Of a stretch of DNA of 64,000 nt, positions 12,851 to 25,399 are shown piece after piece. Numbering within the stretch: position 1 is the stretch's first letter; every line of letters begins with the position of its first letter. The DNA lies in NCBI RefSeq assembly GCF_036321535.1, contig NC_087437.1, forward strand, positions 54,004,001 to 54,068,000, in the 5' to 3' direction. Source of the stretch: Camelus dromedarius (taxonomy: Eukaryota). The notes beneath the pieces were generated by a model, which searched no databases, was not told where the DNA came from, and was given only the letters and a program-made list of their open reading frames with translations. A program made the translations under genes and the position numbers.

Positions 12851-13505
12851 TTCTGGTGTGCCAGGCTTTGTGCTGATCCAGGACCCACAACAAGAACCAG
12901 GCAGACATGCATGGGCCCTGTCCTCACCAGTGTATGTATTTTTCCAAGATAACAAAGACCCAGTGAAGGTTGTGGGGCAAGAATGACCTCTACACCGTAC
13001 ATGAAGAAAGTAACACTCAAAGAAGTGGTCTATTCCCAAGTCTACAGCTTGAAAGTCATTTGTCCAGGATTCGCCTCTATTAGGTCAAGTCTCAAAACCC
13101 AGCGCTCCTTCCCTTACAGCACATGACCTCAAGCAACAGGATGCAAAGAATGGTAACTTTCCAATGGTCCCTTCTTTTTTAATTTCAGTACCTGAAATAT
13201 TCACCAGGCTTGGACCATACCCAGACTTGTCAGACCTTTAAGTGCCCAAGGGCTGCAGGGAGTGGCCGGGGGCTAGGGACCCTGGGATAGACCTAATGTA
13301 GATTACAGTAGGGGGACTCCTTACTTAAAGTACCTGAAAAGGAGGGTGAACACTAATTTATGGATGCCTAATATTTGCCAGGCACTGTTCTAGGTGCTAA
13401 TGATACAGAGATGAAAGAGAGCCAGTCCTGATCCTTTAAGAATGACATAGCCTGTTAGGAGGAAATAAGTGCATTATGACATGATTTCATATAAGTGTTC
13501 TAGAG

Positions 13506-13849
13506 TAAGTCGGCAAAAGTTTTTGTAAAAGGCCAGAGAGCAAGTATTGTTTTCAACTTTACTAGCCATGTGGTCTTTTTCACAACTACTCAGTTCTGCC
13601 ACTGTAATGCAGAAGCAGTCACAGACAACCCACAAATGAGTGAGCATGGCTGTGTTCAGATAAAACATGATGTATGGACACAGAAATTTTAATCACTTAT
13701 GATTTTCATGTGTCACAAAATCTTATTCTTCATATGTTTTAAATCATTTAAAAATGTAAAAAAAAAATCATTCTTACAAACACAAACAGTCATACACAAA
13801 CAGGTGGTGGGCTGGATTCGGCCCATGGGCTGTAGTTTGCCAGCCTCTA
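13506..13849 (+). mobile_element. MER58B-like hAT-Charlie element
   Basis: 'gtcggcaaa...ggctgtagtttgccagcctct'; 8-bp hAT-type TSD ttctagag (13498-13505) / ttctagaa (13850-13857). Confidence 0.9.
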
Positions 13850-14209
13850 TTCTAGAAGTACCGTGCTAGGGAGTATGTGGGAGGACTCAGCCATCCATTA
13901 GGTTTAGGGGATCAAGGGAGGCTTCTCACAGGAGGTGGCACTTTAACTTCCCCCAGTCCACCTCACTGTCCTTTAGCCAATGGTTATTTTCCTACTTGGA
14001 AGATAGATTCAAGTCACCTACAGATTGACACCAGTGCTACCTTTGAATTGTCTAGGTATTATTTAAAAGCAAAAACAAAGTCAATTAAAAGAAAATGTTT
14101 CTCAGATATTTTCATTAGCTATCCTCTCTGCATTGGTATACAGAGCTATAAAGTTCTCTTACAATAATGGAAAATGATCCCTGCTTTGTAGAATTTTAGG
14201 AGATGAGGA

Positions 14210-14445
14210 TGAGAAATAACATTTTCTGAGCATCTTCTACATGCAAGAAACTGTTTTAAGCATGATACCTAAATTTTCCCACTTTATCCTCACACCTACC
14301 CTATATGTTATTATTATTTCCATTTCATAGAAGACAAAACTGAAACTCAGAGATGTAAACCGTCTCAAAATCCCCAAAATTATATGCAGCAGAGTTGGTG
14401 TTTGAACTCAGGCTATCAGATTTTAAGGGACAATTTCCCTTACCA
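14210..14445 (-). mobile_element. MIR SINE
   Basis: 'ttccatttcatagaagacaaaactgaaactcagaga...tttgaactcagg'. Confidence 0.75.
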
Positions 14446-17239
14446 TGCCTCCTTTCCTTATAAAATGGTCATACCTCATGAACAAGGGGGTTTGCAAACA
14501 GAATTCAAACAGCACAGAAGTTTCTAGAAAAATTATGAACTGAGCAAATACCTTGAAAACTAACTTTCAATTAAAACACATCTGGAAAATACATTCTATC
14601 AACATCACTTGCCCACTTGCCTGTATCAAAATTTCACCCAATTAAAAGATTTAAGACACAGGTTGGTATGGAAGAGCAACAGCTTTTAGGAAGCCAGTCT
14701 TCACGAGGGCTCTTAGTATTACTGGAGCCTGAAAGGTTTATAGCTCTGATGATAATTCTTTTGGGGCGGTTTAGGAATCAAAACTTTTATATAAAAGAGT
14801 TCCACTCCAGAATAAAATTCACTATTACTTCATTAATACTCTCTTGTACGTTTTATGCAGGGTGGAGGCATGTAGTATTGCCTCCGGTTTTGAGGCGCTT
14901 CTGTTTTGTCATTGTCAGAACCAGTCTGCATCATATGTTCCTTTCCTAAAAATTTGGGCTACTTGATACCCACTAGACAACTCAGTGAAGAGAAATAAAT
15001 CCTTAAACAAGCCAGCCTTGCCCCAGAGAGGAGCTCCTGTCCAGACTGGACATCCAGTCAAAACTCTTGCTGTTTCCCAGTTACACATGACTCAGGTCTA
15101 TTTCACTCCTTAGACTCCAGCAGGGAGTATTTGCTACGTACTTCCCCGGTCCTCGTTTCCAAGCCTTCAGGAATCCAACACTTCCCTACCTCCAGTCCCT
15201 GTATTTCCTGGTGAAACAAATGACCCAGCATAAGCCCATCCCTGTGCATCCCCTGCACGTGGGTGGGCACATGCCTAAGCCACCTCATTCAGAGGGAATC
15301 TTGGAAATGTTGCCTGTAATGCTGAGGGGGAAAAGACACTTCTTTATCATTTGATTATTATCTGACGGTCATACTGATACTTTTCAGGAAGAGTCTGCCT
15401 GAGAATGGAGTTGAAAGAAGGAAGGCAAACAGAGAAACAGAATAGAAACCAATTTTTATGACGTCAGTGAGACGGATTAAGTCGTATTTGCTATATCTGT
15501 TAGAGGAGTCAATGCATTCTCAGTTTTGCTTAAATTTCAATTTCTTTTTCTGTTGCTTGCAACAAAAGAACTCTACCCAAGAACTTTAATCCCCCACCTC
15601 CTAATCCAGTTCCAGTAACAGAGCCCTTCTGTCCCATGTCGCTGGTCTCACCACCCAGTAAGTGTCCTGGATCTGCCGCTGTCAGGACCGACCTTGTTCC
15701 ACCTCATGCCTACCTCAAAGCCTGGAAATTCACCAGTACCTGCTGCAAACTAAACATTGAAAGTGGTTACCTTTTTTCCTCTTTCTGTTCTACATTTCTT
15801 ACATAAGAAGCACATATTAATAATGGAACATAGATTAAATACATGGCTGACTGGAGAAAAATATTTGTTATTTATAATCTCTCTTTACATAAGAAGCGTG
15901 GATCCAGGAGTTAACTAGAGGATCTTTTGTTTGCTAAGGGTAGACAAAAACCTTCATCCTCAGTGTACTGGCCCTAGACATATTAAAGGTGATATTAAAG
16001 ACTGGGAAAGGATGTGCAAGTAGAGAATTGCTCTGCCTAAGAAGAGAAGAGATTAAGAGACCTCAGAGAATAATCGTTCCATGGAGGCAGGATTCAGCAA
16101 CCCAGAGGCTGCATGACAGGTGCAAAGCAAAGGTATGTATGCAGGTATAGAAGAAGAGGTTGGTCTCAGGGGCAGTTGAAAGGTTAATTCTTGTGTACTG
16201 TGAAATGTCAGTCTCCTCTGCCTCCCACTGTGAATCTGACAGTGTTCTACATTGCTTATTATTCCTTATAAGTGAAGTTAATTTGGAAGGAGCTTGAAAA
16301 AAGAGAACAGCAGGCTCAGGACTGAGCAGCAAGCATAGGTTTGTATCTATCAGGCATTTTGGCTGAAAAAGAATTAGGATGCAGATGCTGTTCGGTAAGA
16401 GAACTAAACAAGCCCCTTTACAATAATTCCATTTATATTCCAGCTGAACCAAAACTCCACTCTAGACAGGAAGCGAAATCTGGAAACTTTAATAATGTAC
16501 CTATGTGTTAGAACCTGGAAGTGTCTGGAAGGGAACTGATCTGTGTTCTTGAACTTATTTGCATCTACTAATTTAGACAGCGAAAACTGTTATTGTAATT
16601 AAATACACTTCTACCATATCATTTTCAATAGCTTTATAATATCCATTATATAGCTGCACAAACATTAATTTAGCCAACATTTTTTGCTTGCCATTAAGAT
16701 TGTTTGTATGATTTTTAAAAAATAAACCACACTGATATGTTGTAGACATGCTCTTGTACATCTCCTTCATATTTTCTCCCTAAGAGAAATTCCTAGGAAT
16801 TAAATCTATCAGTCAGGGAAAAAAAATTAGTATTTTTAGGGATGTTTAAGACATGTTAAGGCAATAGAAATAAACATATATATATATATGTATTTGTTTT
16901 TTTCCCATAAGCAAAGACTTGATAGTTGCTTATAAAGTTAAGGGTCACAATTGAGTGAAAAGCTGCTTAGGTCCATAATTTTACCCCTGGGAAAGCCTTA
17001 AAGCCAGGGTGCTAGAGCTCTCATTGTCTCCAAAGAAGGTCTCGTCTGATTAGGATGAGTGTATAGACTAAAGTGGTGGTCTCCATAGGGAGCCTCAGAG
17101 ACAAGTAAATAATATTGGAACTCTTGAATCTTGGTTCAAATCCCACAAAAGCCCTGTAGTCTCTCCCTGTTCTCCAAATTTCTTTGTATAAAATCTCAAT
17201 TGACTCCACTTTGCATACATAAAGAACTCAAAGTCCTTG

Positions 17240-18700
17240 AATTACATCTAAAGTCCCCAAACTAATAAAATAGAAGATATGATAGAAATAGAAAATTATC
17301 CTTTTGTAAGCTCCAATCTAATAACTGACTCAGGCAAAGATCATCACAAAGGAAGGTAACAATTAGGTGAAAAGTTATAGGGAACAGGATATTTACCACA
17401 GTACCAAAATATCACCACACAAACTACTAATTCAAATAGAAAAATATATCATTGCAATAAAAGGATCTGATGGTCAACACATTTCTCCAAGCGATGAAAC
17501 AGTATCACTGATAATGAGATAGCTGAGCATTAGGTGCCTCTCTATGTACTGCAGTGCAAAATTCAAAAATGACCTATGACGTATTCCTGACCCAGTGGGT
17601 TAAATCTGAACATAATCAAGCCCCTCTAAACCAAACTTCCAGTTTATAGAAAACATGAGGGACAGAAGAACAAATTAAATGATACCATGAAGAAATAATC
17701 AGAAAAATTCTGAATGTAGGATGTTCTTTAGGGCAACTATCTGAACTCTTGAAAGAGTCAATCACATTTAAAAAAATGTAGGAGACCTACTTTAGAGTCT
17801 AGACTAAAAGAAATTGAAGATACACAATATAACAACTGCAATGGTTCATTTTATATGTCAACTTGACTGGGCCATAGGGTGTCCAGATTTAGTCAAACAT
17901 GATTCTGGGTGTTTCTGGAAGAGATTCACCATTAAATTAGTAGACTGAGTGAAGCAGGTTTCTCTTCTCAATGTGGGTGGGCCTGATCCAATCAGTTGAA
18001 GGCTTGAATAGAACAAAAAGGCTAAGTAAGAAGGAACTCCTTCTGCCGAACTGCCTTCACACTGAGACATCAGATTTTTCTTGCCTTCATATTTGAACTA
18101 AAACATCAGCTCTTCCTGTATCTCAAGCCTGTTGGCCTTGGACTAAAAACTACACTATCAGTTCTCCTGTGACTCTTGCCATCTGCAGATCTTAGGAATT
18201 ATCAGTCTTCATAATCACGTGAACCAATTCCTTATAATAAAACTATATAGAGACATAGATATAGACATATTTATATATCTTCTATTTGTTTTGTTTCTCT
18301 GGAGAACCCTGATTAACATAACAACTAAATTCAAGGTGTAAACCTAGTCTCAGGTCTGGTTGGGGAAAAAAATAAAAGAAAAATAGATAAAAGACATTTT
18401 TAGGGCAATTAGGAACATTTGAATATGGACTTTATATTAGATGATATTATGGAATTATTATTAGTTTTCTTGCAAGTGACAATGGTACTGTGGTTAAGTG
18501 ACAGATTGTTTTTATTCCTAGAAGACAAATGCTGAGCTATTTATAGGTAAAGGGGCTTCACTTACTCTGAAATGGTACAGAAAAAAGTATATATACACAG
18601 AGAGAGAACATATGACAAAATGTTAACATTGTTGAATCTTATTGAAGGGTATATACATGACATTATACTATTCTTTTAACCTTTTTTGTATGGAAGAAAT
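17240..18700 (+). mobile_element. L1MC/L1ME-type 3'UTR, split by an MLT2 LTR
   Basis: 'gaatatggactttatattagatgatattatggaatt', 'aatggtactgtggtta', 'acaaaatgttaacattgttgaatct'; sequence is continuous across the LTR. Confidence 0.75.
17837..18320 (+). mobile_element. MLT2 (ERVL) solo LTR nested in L1
   Basis: Starts 'tgcaatggttcattttatatgtcaacttgactgggcca', ends 'ctggagaaccctgattaacata'; perfect 5-bp TSD ACAAC (17832-17836 / 18321-18325). Confidence 0.93.
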
Positions 18701-18914
18701 GTCCTAAACGTACCTTTCTGTGTTCCATCTAATCTCTGCGTGCACTGCTTGTGTGGACCTGTGCTGCAGAGAGCCCCAAACACCGTGTCCTTCATACTTC
18801 CTTCCATTTACCATGCTGGCCAGAATGTCTTCCCCCACTGCTCTGATTTTATTTTCTTCCCTTTCTAACTTCTTAAGAAATGAATCAGTGCTTTGAATGT
18901 AGGACTTTGCTCTT

Positions 18915-19450
18915 TTGTGATATAAATTTTAAGGCATAAATTTCCCTTCTAAATTCTGTTTTAGCTGCATATCCAACATCTTGACACATTTTATTCAGTC
19001 AATTCTAAGTATTTTCTAATTTAGTGTTTTTAGTGTTACTAATTTGGTGTTTAATTGTCTATTTTAGGGTTTTATCTGATCCATGAATTATTTATGTGTT
19101 TTTTTTTAAATTTTAAATACATGTGACTTCTTAATTATCTTTGGAAAATAACCAGGCATATGCACTGTGGTCTGATTTTTATATCCACTGAAAACTGATT
19201 TTTATGTTTGTAGAGGAGTATGTGGTCAACCTTCATAAATATTTAATGTGTGCTTGAAAAAGTGGATTTTCTCTAATTTGGAGATGCAGGGCTCTATCTA
19301 CATATCTGCTTTAGATCAAGGTTGATAATCATGTTATTCAAATGTTCTATATCCTTACTAAATTTCTGCCTACTTAGTCTATCAATTTGAGGGAGGGATG
19401 TTAAAATCTCCCACCATAACTGTGGTTTTGCCAGTTTCTTCTTGACATTT
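18915..19450 (-). mobile_element. Old L1M internal (ORF2 5' region) remnant
   Basis: 'taaatttcccttctaaattctgttttagctgcat', 'gtgtgcttgaaaa', 'gttaaaatctcccaccataactgtgg'. Confidence 0.7.
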
Positions 19451-19509
19451 GGAATACACACACACACACACATATTTTAAGGACAGTTTTTACGTGCATG
19501 GGAGGCACG

Positions 19510-19850
19510 GGGTCAAAGTCATCAAAAATAAGGAAAGTCTAAGAAACTGTCACAGTCTAGAGGAGACCAAGGAGAGATAATAAAGAAATATAACATGGTA
19601 TTCTGCATGGGATCCTGGGACAGAAAGAGGAACAGTAGGTAAAAAACTAAGAAAATTTGAATGAAGTATAGACTTTAGTTACTAATAATGTAATAACACT
19701 GCTTCATTAGCTATAACAAATGCATCATTCTAGTAGAAGATGTTAATAATAGGAGAAACTGGATACAGGGTATATGGGAATCTGTCCTATGATAACTACT
19801 TTTCTGTAACTCTAAACTATTCTAAACTTCAAAGTTTATTTAAAAACAAA
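19510..19850 (+). mobile_element. L1MC-type 3' end
   Basis: 'aaggaaagtctaagaaactgtcacag...gggatcctgggacagaaa...agatgttaataataggagaaactgg...aaactattctaaa'. Confidence 0.85.
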
Positions 19851-20819
19851 AGTTGTGCAGGGTTAGTGACACCTCACAGAGAAAATGTAAACCCTAATCT
19901 AGGGTTCACAATATTTCTACAGATAAAGCCCTGCAGACATTGATCTTAAAACCTAAAGTTACAAAAACAGAAAATTAATCACTGAGACAGAGGGAGAGAG
20001 AGAATACATAAGAAACAGCAGATTAAAGGTTCCTAAGAATTTGAGATAACAGAATTATCTGCTATAGAGTGTAATGGTTATTTTAAATCATTAAAGGTAT
20101 AGAAGAAGGAATTTCAGATGTGGAGAAATAATTACAAATAGTGGTTGTACTATAGATTTTCTTCATTTATAGAAACAGTTATGACACCAAAAAGACTTAG
20201 AAATTATCTTCTTTTAACAAACAATCAAAAGAATTTTCACTCTCAACGGTATAATCAGCCATGCATCTTGCTCTAATACTGAATGGTCATTATCAGAGAC
20301 ACAGGTCTTAAATACCAGCTTCAGAAGTATATGTTCAAGATTCACAAGGTGGCAAAATTCAGAGTAGCCTTAACGAAAAGTGTGAGAGCACCACTATTGA
20401 ATGATCGATCATATATAAATTTGGGAATGGAGACCATAGATGATAAGGTTTTTCAACTACAAACAGAACTTTTGTTTTCTATGGGTTTTTTCCCGCTCAA
20501 AAGGAAGAAGTTACTTTCTAAGAATAAAGTTACAACTCTGAATTATTTAATAAAGAGTTTGCACAAAATCACTAAAGTTTGTCTGCAATCTTGAGTAAAT
20601 GATTCTGTAGACTCAAAACTCTTACATACAAAAGAGTGAACTGTAATTCTACTTTGCTTTCTAGTGTACCTGAAACTTTAATTTCATGATCTCAGGGGCC
20701 TAGGAACGTCTGCTTACTTGTAGAAAATGACAGCTGATATCCTCACAGGCATTTTTGAGCTTCTTGTCTGCAGCATGAGTTAAATCAGAAGGTAACAGAA
20801 GACACTCTCTTAACAAAAT

Positions 20820-20906
20820 GATTTGCGTTTTCTTAATCACACAGGATGTGGCACGTCTTTCCATGTGCCTGTTTGCCGTCTGTGTGTCTTTATTGGTGAG
20901 GTGTGA
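20820..20906 (-). mobile_element. Short L1 ORF2 fragment
   Basis: Translation HLTNKDTQTANRHMERRATSCVIKKTQI resembles L1 ORF2p [28 protein letters not shown]. Confidence 0.8.
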
Positions 20907-21599
20907 GCAGTGTGCTTTAATCGTTTGCTTTTCATTTGTCACATGTTTTTGGCCTTTTCTTTTTTTGCCTTATTTGGGTTGAACTGGGTATTTTAAAACA
21001 TTTAAACAGTCTCCATCGTATTTGTCTGCACATCTTTGTTTAAATTTTCGGCGAGCACTCTCATGCTTTAGTAAAAAGGTACATGAAAGCAAAGGGAAGG
21101 AAACACCCTTTTGATGTAAAACACTCTCATTCAGTTGTAGTCTATGCAGCTATGACTCAATTAAGTGATATTAAGTGCCCCAAACCAAGAATTATTTTAT
21201 TTTTCTTCCTTTGTCTAAAATATAACTCACTTATATGGGAACCAGTTAGTCATCATTGTTATAAAAGGGCAAAGAAATACAGTCTGATTAAATTCAAATG
21301 CTCAAGACATACTGCTCAACCAGAAGAGCATCTTGTACTCTTACTAGAATTTCATCACAAGAAATATTTTTCACATTTACCACCCTTCACCAGTTTTCTT
21401 AGGTAAAAGGTGGAAGCTATTTTCATTTTCTTACAAAAATTAAAGAGCAGGAAGTTTATCCAGACAAATAAAATAGCAAATAAGAAAATAGGAACCAGTT
21501 CTCCTGACCCCCTGCCTAGATCCTAAGAAGCTCTCATCTGAGACTTACCTAGGATTGAGTAAAAGAGTGACAGTAACTGAATGTATCAAATGTAAGAGG

Positions 21600-22395
21600 C
21601 AGTTGGAATTCACCTTCTCATTTCCTCCAGAACAAATCCTTCAGCAAGTCTATGCCACAGAACTTTCAAAACACTCACCAGTTTCAGCCTTCATTCATCT
21701 CTGCTACTTTCTCCATATTCCAGGATTACTATCATCCTAACTTGGACCATGACAAAGACCTCCTTAGTGCCACCCTTGTCTCTCCTGCCAGGCTTCAATC
21801 CATTCTGGTCATAACTGCCAAAGTGTACTTTAAAAAAAAAAAAAAGAAAGAAAGAAAGAAAGCAAGAGTCACTCTTCTGCTTCAAACCCTCCAATTGCTT
21901 CCTGTTATACTTGGAGTAAAAGTAAACCTCAGCACAGTCTCCAAGATGCTATCTGAACTAGTTTCATGCCAACAATTCTGACTTCAGCTCCTATCAGACT
22001 TGTCATCCATAATTGCCTCATCTCTGTCTCACAGTCATGCACACTACCACCTCAGGGCCTTTGCACTGGCCATTCCCAGAGCCTGAAAAGTTCTTACCTA
22101 AGATCTCAAAATGGCTGGCTTCTTGTCATTTTGGTTTCAGTTTAAATGCCACCTTCTCAAAGAGGACCTGCTTAACCCCCCGTCTAAATAGGGCCAGCCA
22201 TTCTTTCTCTCACCACTCTGTTTTACCTTACTTTTAGTACTTGTCATTATTTAATACAATTTTAATCTATTTATTTTCTATTCCTCACCTGTTCTCCATT
22301 AGAATCTTAGTTTCATGCAAGCAGGAAATTTGTCTGTCTTGTTTATTAATACATTCCCAACATCTGGTATAATGCTTAACACATAAAGTGGGTAG
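21600..22395 (+). mobile_element. L2 3' region
   Basis: 'cctcagggcctttgcactggccattccc', 'ttaaatgccaccttctcaaagagg', 'gcaggaaatttgtctgtcttgttt'. Confidence 0.85.
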
Positions 22396-22599
22396 TAAGT
22401 AAAACTGATACAATTATTCTAGAGAAAGAGGCTAAATAAAAGTTGACTGAAGTGCAGAATGGTAACTTTTTGCTTATAAGAACAGAATGAATTAGGATTA
22501 TTCAAGGAAATCTTGTTTAAGTAAAGTCACGTGTCAGTTAAAAACACTCGATTTTACTTTGACTCATGTCCAAAGATACTGACAAAACATCCATTTGGC

Positions 22600-23075
22600 A
22601 AAGATGGCTGGCTGTACACTCAAATTCATGACCCACCCCCTTCCTTATCATAGGATTAACACTGGAATTTGACAGCCGAACCACGAACTGTATTTCCCAA
22701 TCCCCTGTTATCTACCCCAACTTAAGCCTGCAATTTAGTGTGCCATTTTGATGAGTTATTAAGAGAGATATTAAGGCAGGTGATGTGTGCCTGTTCCACG
22801 GCTGGCCCATAGAACCTTTCCATGCAGTTCTCCATGCTCTTTTCCACATCCGACAGGAACAGAGTTGATGCTCAGGACAGCCGTGGGAGCCCTGCGTTAA
22901 AGATGGCAGGTCTTCCACCAGCTTGAATCTAAGAGTGACCACACAGAAGAAGCCATCTGCTAAAGTTTTTACCTACTGGTACTGTATCTTGAATAAGAAA
23001 TAATTTTTCTATCGCATTTGAGCCATTATGCATATTACGGTCTACCTATTACAGCAATTAGCTAACTGAGCAATA
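22600..23075 (+). mobile_element. Old MLT1 (ERVL-MaLR) LTR
   Basis: 'tgtatttcccaatcccct', 'cctgcgttaaagatggcag', 'aataagaaataatttttctatcgcatttgagccatt'. Confidence 0.65.
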
Positions 23076-24534
23076 TTATCTAAATTTCGGATAAATTGAA
23101 AATGTCACAAGAGCAGGTTTGTCCTATTAATATTCTTCTGTTTGGCTCTTGGAAAACTTAAAGCAAATACTTTTACACCAAATTTAGGAGTTTAGAAAAG
23201 AAGCAAGGACTGCAAAGCATGAGGAGACATGTTGAGAACAAGAAGGTGAAGAGTTCAAGCATGTAAGAACAAATACTTTCCAACTGCCATATTCCTGCAC
23301 AAAGACAAGAAAGGGACTCCTACTCCCAGAAAAAAAAAAAAAAAGTGTATAGAAAGTTCTTCCATAGAGATGGCAATTTCTGTGATTAGGGTAAGCTCAC
23401 AGTTAAGTTATAAAGGAGAAAAATTGTATCTGTTGTTGCCCTCGTGGGTTCCTCTCTTACCCTCCAGTCAATGCACAAGCCTTCTTCCCTTGGCTGTTCT
23501 CTCAAAAGGATGCTGTCCTGGCAACCAGGAAGTCTAGCTTCTAGCTTGGTTCCTCCATCACTTCTCTTGAGCTAGTTACTTCACCTTGCTGGATCCAAAC
23601 ACCTTATTTTCTAGAAGGAGGTGGGGTAATGATGGCCGGCTGTTAGGTCAAGTATTATTTCCTGTTCTGATAACAACACTGAGCAGAATGGATTAATCAA
23701 TGATTCCGTGCCTTGAGCTTTGCTATTCTGGAGAAACAAATCTCCAAGAACATCCTGAGGGATCTTTGGGGTGATGTTCTGAGCTAAAATTGAGGGTGAG
23801 CAAAGCTTACCCCTTGATGGTCTCTGAAAAAGAAAAATAGGTCCTTGGCCATAGGAATGATGTTAATTCTGCCTGAAGGAGGAAACATCGCTGCCAGGCT
23901 CACTGAGGCCTTCCTGCTATGTATTGTTTTTCTTATTGTCTGGAGGAGTTGCAGGAGAGCGTCTCTGTTTTCTGGTTCCATCTTTTAGTCTAATTAGATT
24001 TGAAGTGTGGCCATCTGGGTCCTCCTCCAGGAGATGCTGAAACAGCTCTGATGCTCAGAAGTCATGGCCAGAAAGTCTTCCGCATGAACAAATATCCCCA
24101 TGTGCTCGTACATACACTTTTAATTATTTAAACTTCCAAAGGCTCAAGTCAAACAAGTTCTTTCCAGAAAAAGCTGACTTTGCCCTCTTTTGCCCACTCC
24201 CTCCCCTCGACCTCCACTCCTGTGCAGGAACGTCAAGGACACCACCACAAACTGGATTGACATCAAGGAGCTTCTCCATCTAAAACTGACAGAGAACCAC
24301 TGACGCTGGGAAGCTTTTCTCCTGTAGGGCTGTGAATCTCTGCTCCTCTCTCGTTAATCAGAGAATTTTACTTCCTTGGGCAAAACAGAGCACCGCTGTC
24401 AGTTATCCGTGACAGAGAAATCATAATATTAGCTTCATGTATCTTCAGCACCCCTCCAACTCTTACTGAGTAATTTAGGGTGCGAACCAGGTTATTTCTG
24501 GCTCTTCGAAAAGTATTCATCTTCATGAAGAAGA

Positions 24535-24790
24535 GGCAGACTAGCAGAGTGTTTAGGATCTGCGTCATGCACACCTGGACTGAAATCCTGGCTCCCTCAT
24601 TAACTAACTATGGCACAATGAGCATGTTATTTCACCTATAATAGTCATATATTATCTATGAAATACACAGTAATAGTACCTTTCCAATAGGACACTGAGG
24701 AAGATGAAATGAATAGGATGTATGAAGAGCTGAACAAATAGATCAGTACACAGTAAGTGCTCAATAAATTTAAATTATTGTTGGTATTGG
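24535..24790 (+). mobile_element. MIR SINE
   Basis: 'gaaatcctggctcc...taatagtacc...cacagtaagtgctcaataaat'. Confidence 0.75.
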
Positions 24791-24809
24791 GAAGATGAAA
24801 AAAGCATAT

Positions 24810-24822
24810 GTATGTGTGCGCA

Positions 24823-24864
<42 letters not shown>
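24810..24864. repeat. (TG)n microsatellite
   Basis: Directly visible. Confidence 0.97.
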
Positions 24865-24868
<4 letters not shown>

Positions 24869-25020
24869 TATGATAGTGTGTGAGTTCTGTCAAGACAATG
24901 GAGAGACCTGAGCTCACCTCCTCTCGCGAGCACACCAAAACCACAACCGTCTGCAGAACCACCCTCCATGAAACAGACTGGAACCTACCAGAAAATATCT
25001 ACAACCAAAGATATAAAGAA

Positions 25021-25308
25021 TAAATCACACTTGTGGTTGCCAAGGGGGAGGGGGATGGGAAGAGAGAGACTGGGAGTTCAAAATTTGTAGAGGCTGATAG
25101 GCATATGCACAATAGATAAACAAGATTATACTGTATAGCCCAGGGAAATATATACAGTATCTGGCCGTAGGTCACAGCGAAAAAAAAATGTGACAATGAA
25201 TGTATGTATGTTCATGTATAACTAAAAAATTGTGCTCTGCACTGGAATTTGACACAACACTGTAAATTGACTATAACTCAATAAAAAATGTTAAAAAAAA
25301 AAAAAAAA
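25021..25308 (+). mobile_element. Younger camelid-type L1 3' end (5'-truncated) nested in the older L1 5'UTR
   Basis: 'cttgtggttgccaagggggag...ctgtatagcccagggaaatatatac...gacacaacactgtaaattgactataactcaataaa' plus poly(A); older UTR resumes at 'cccacaacgaga'. Confidence 0.88.
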
Positions 25309-25399
25309 CCCACAACGAGACAAGTAGGAGCAGACTTGTGATATAATCAAGCCTTGAACCCCCTGTGGGCGACCCACAACCAGAGAATACTTATACGGC

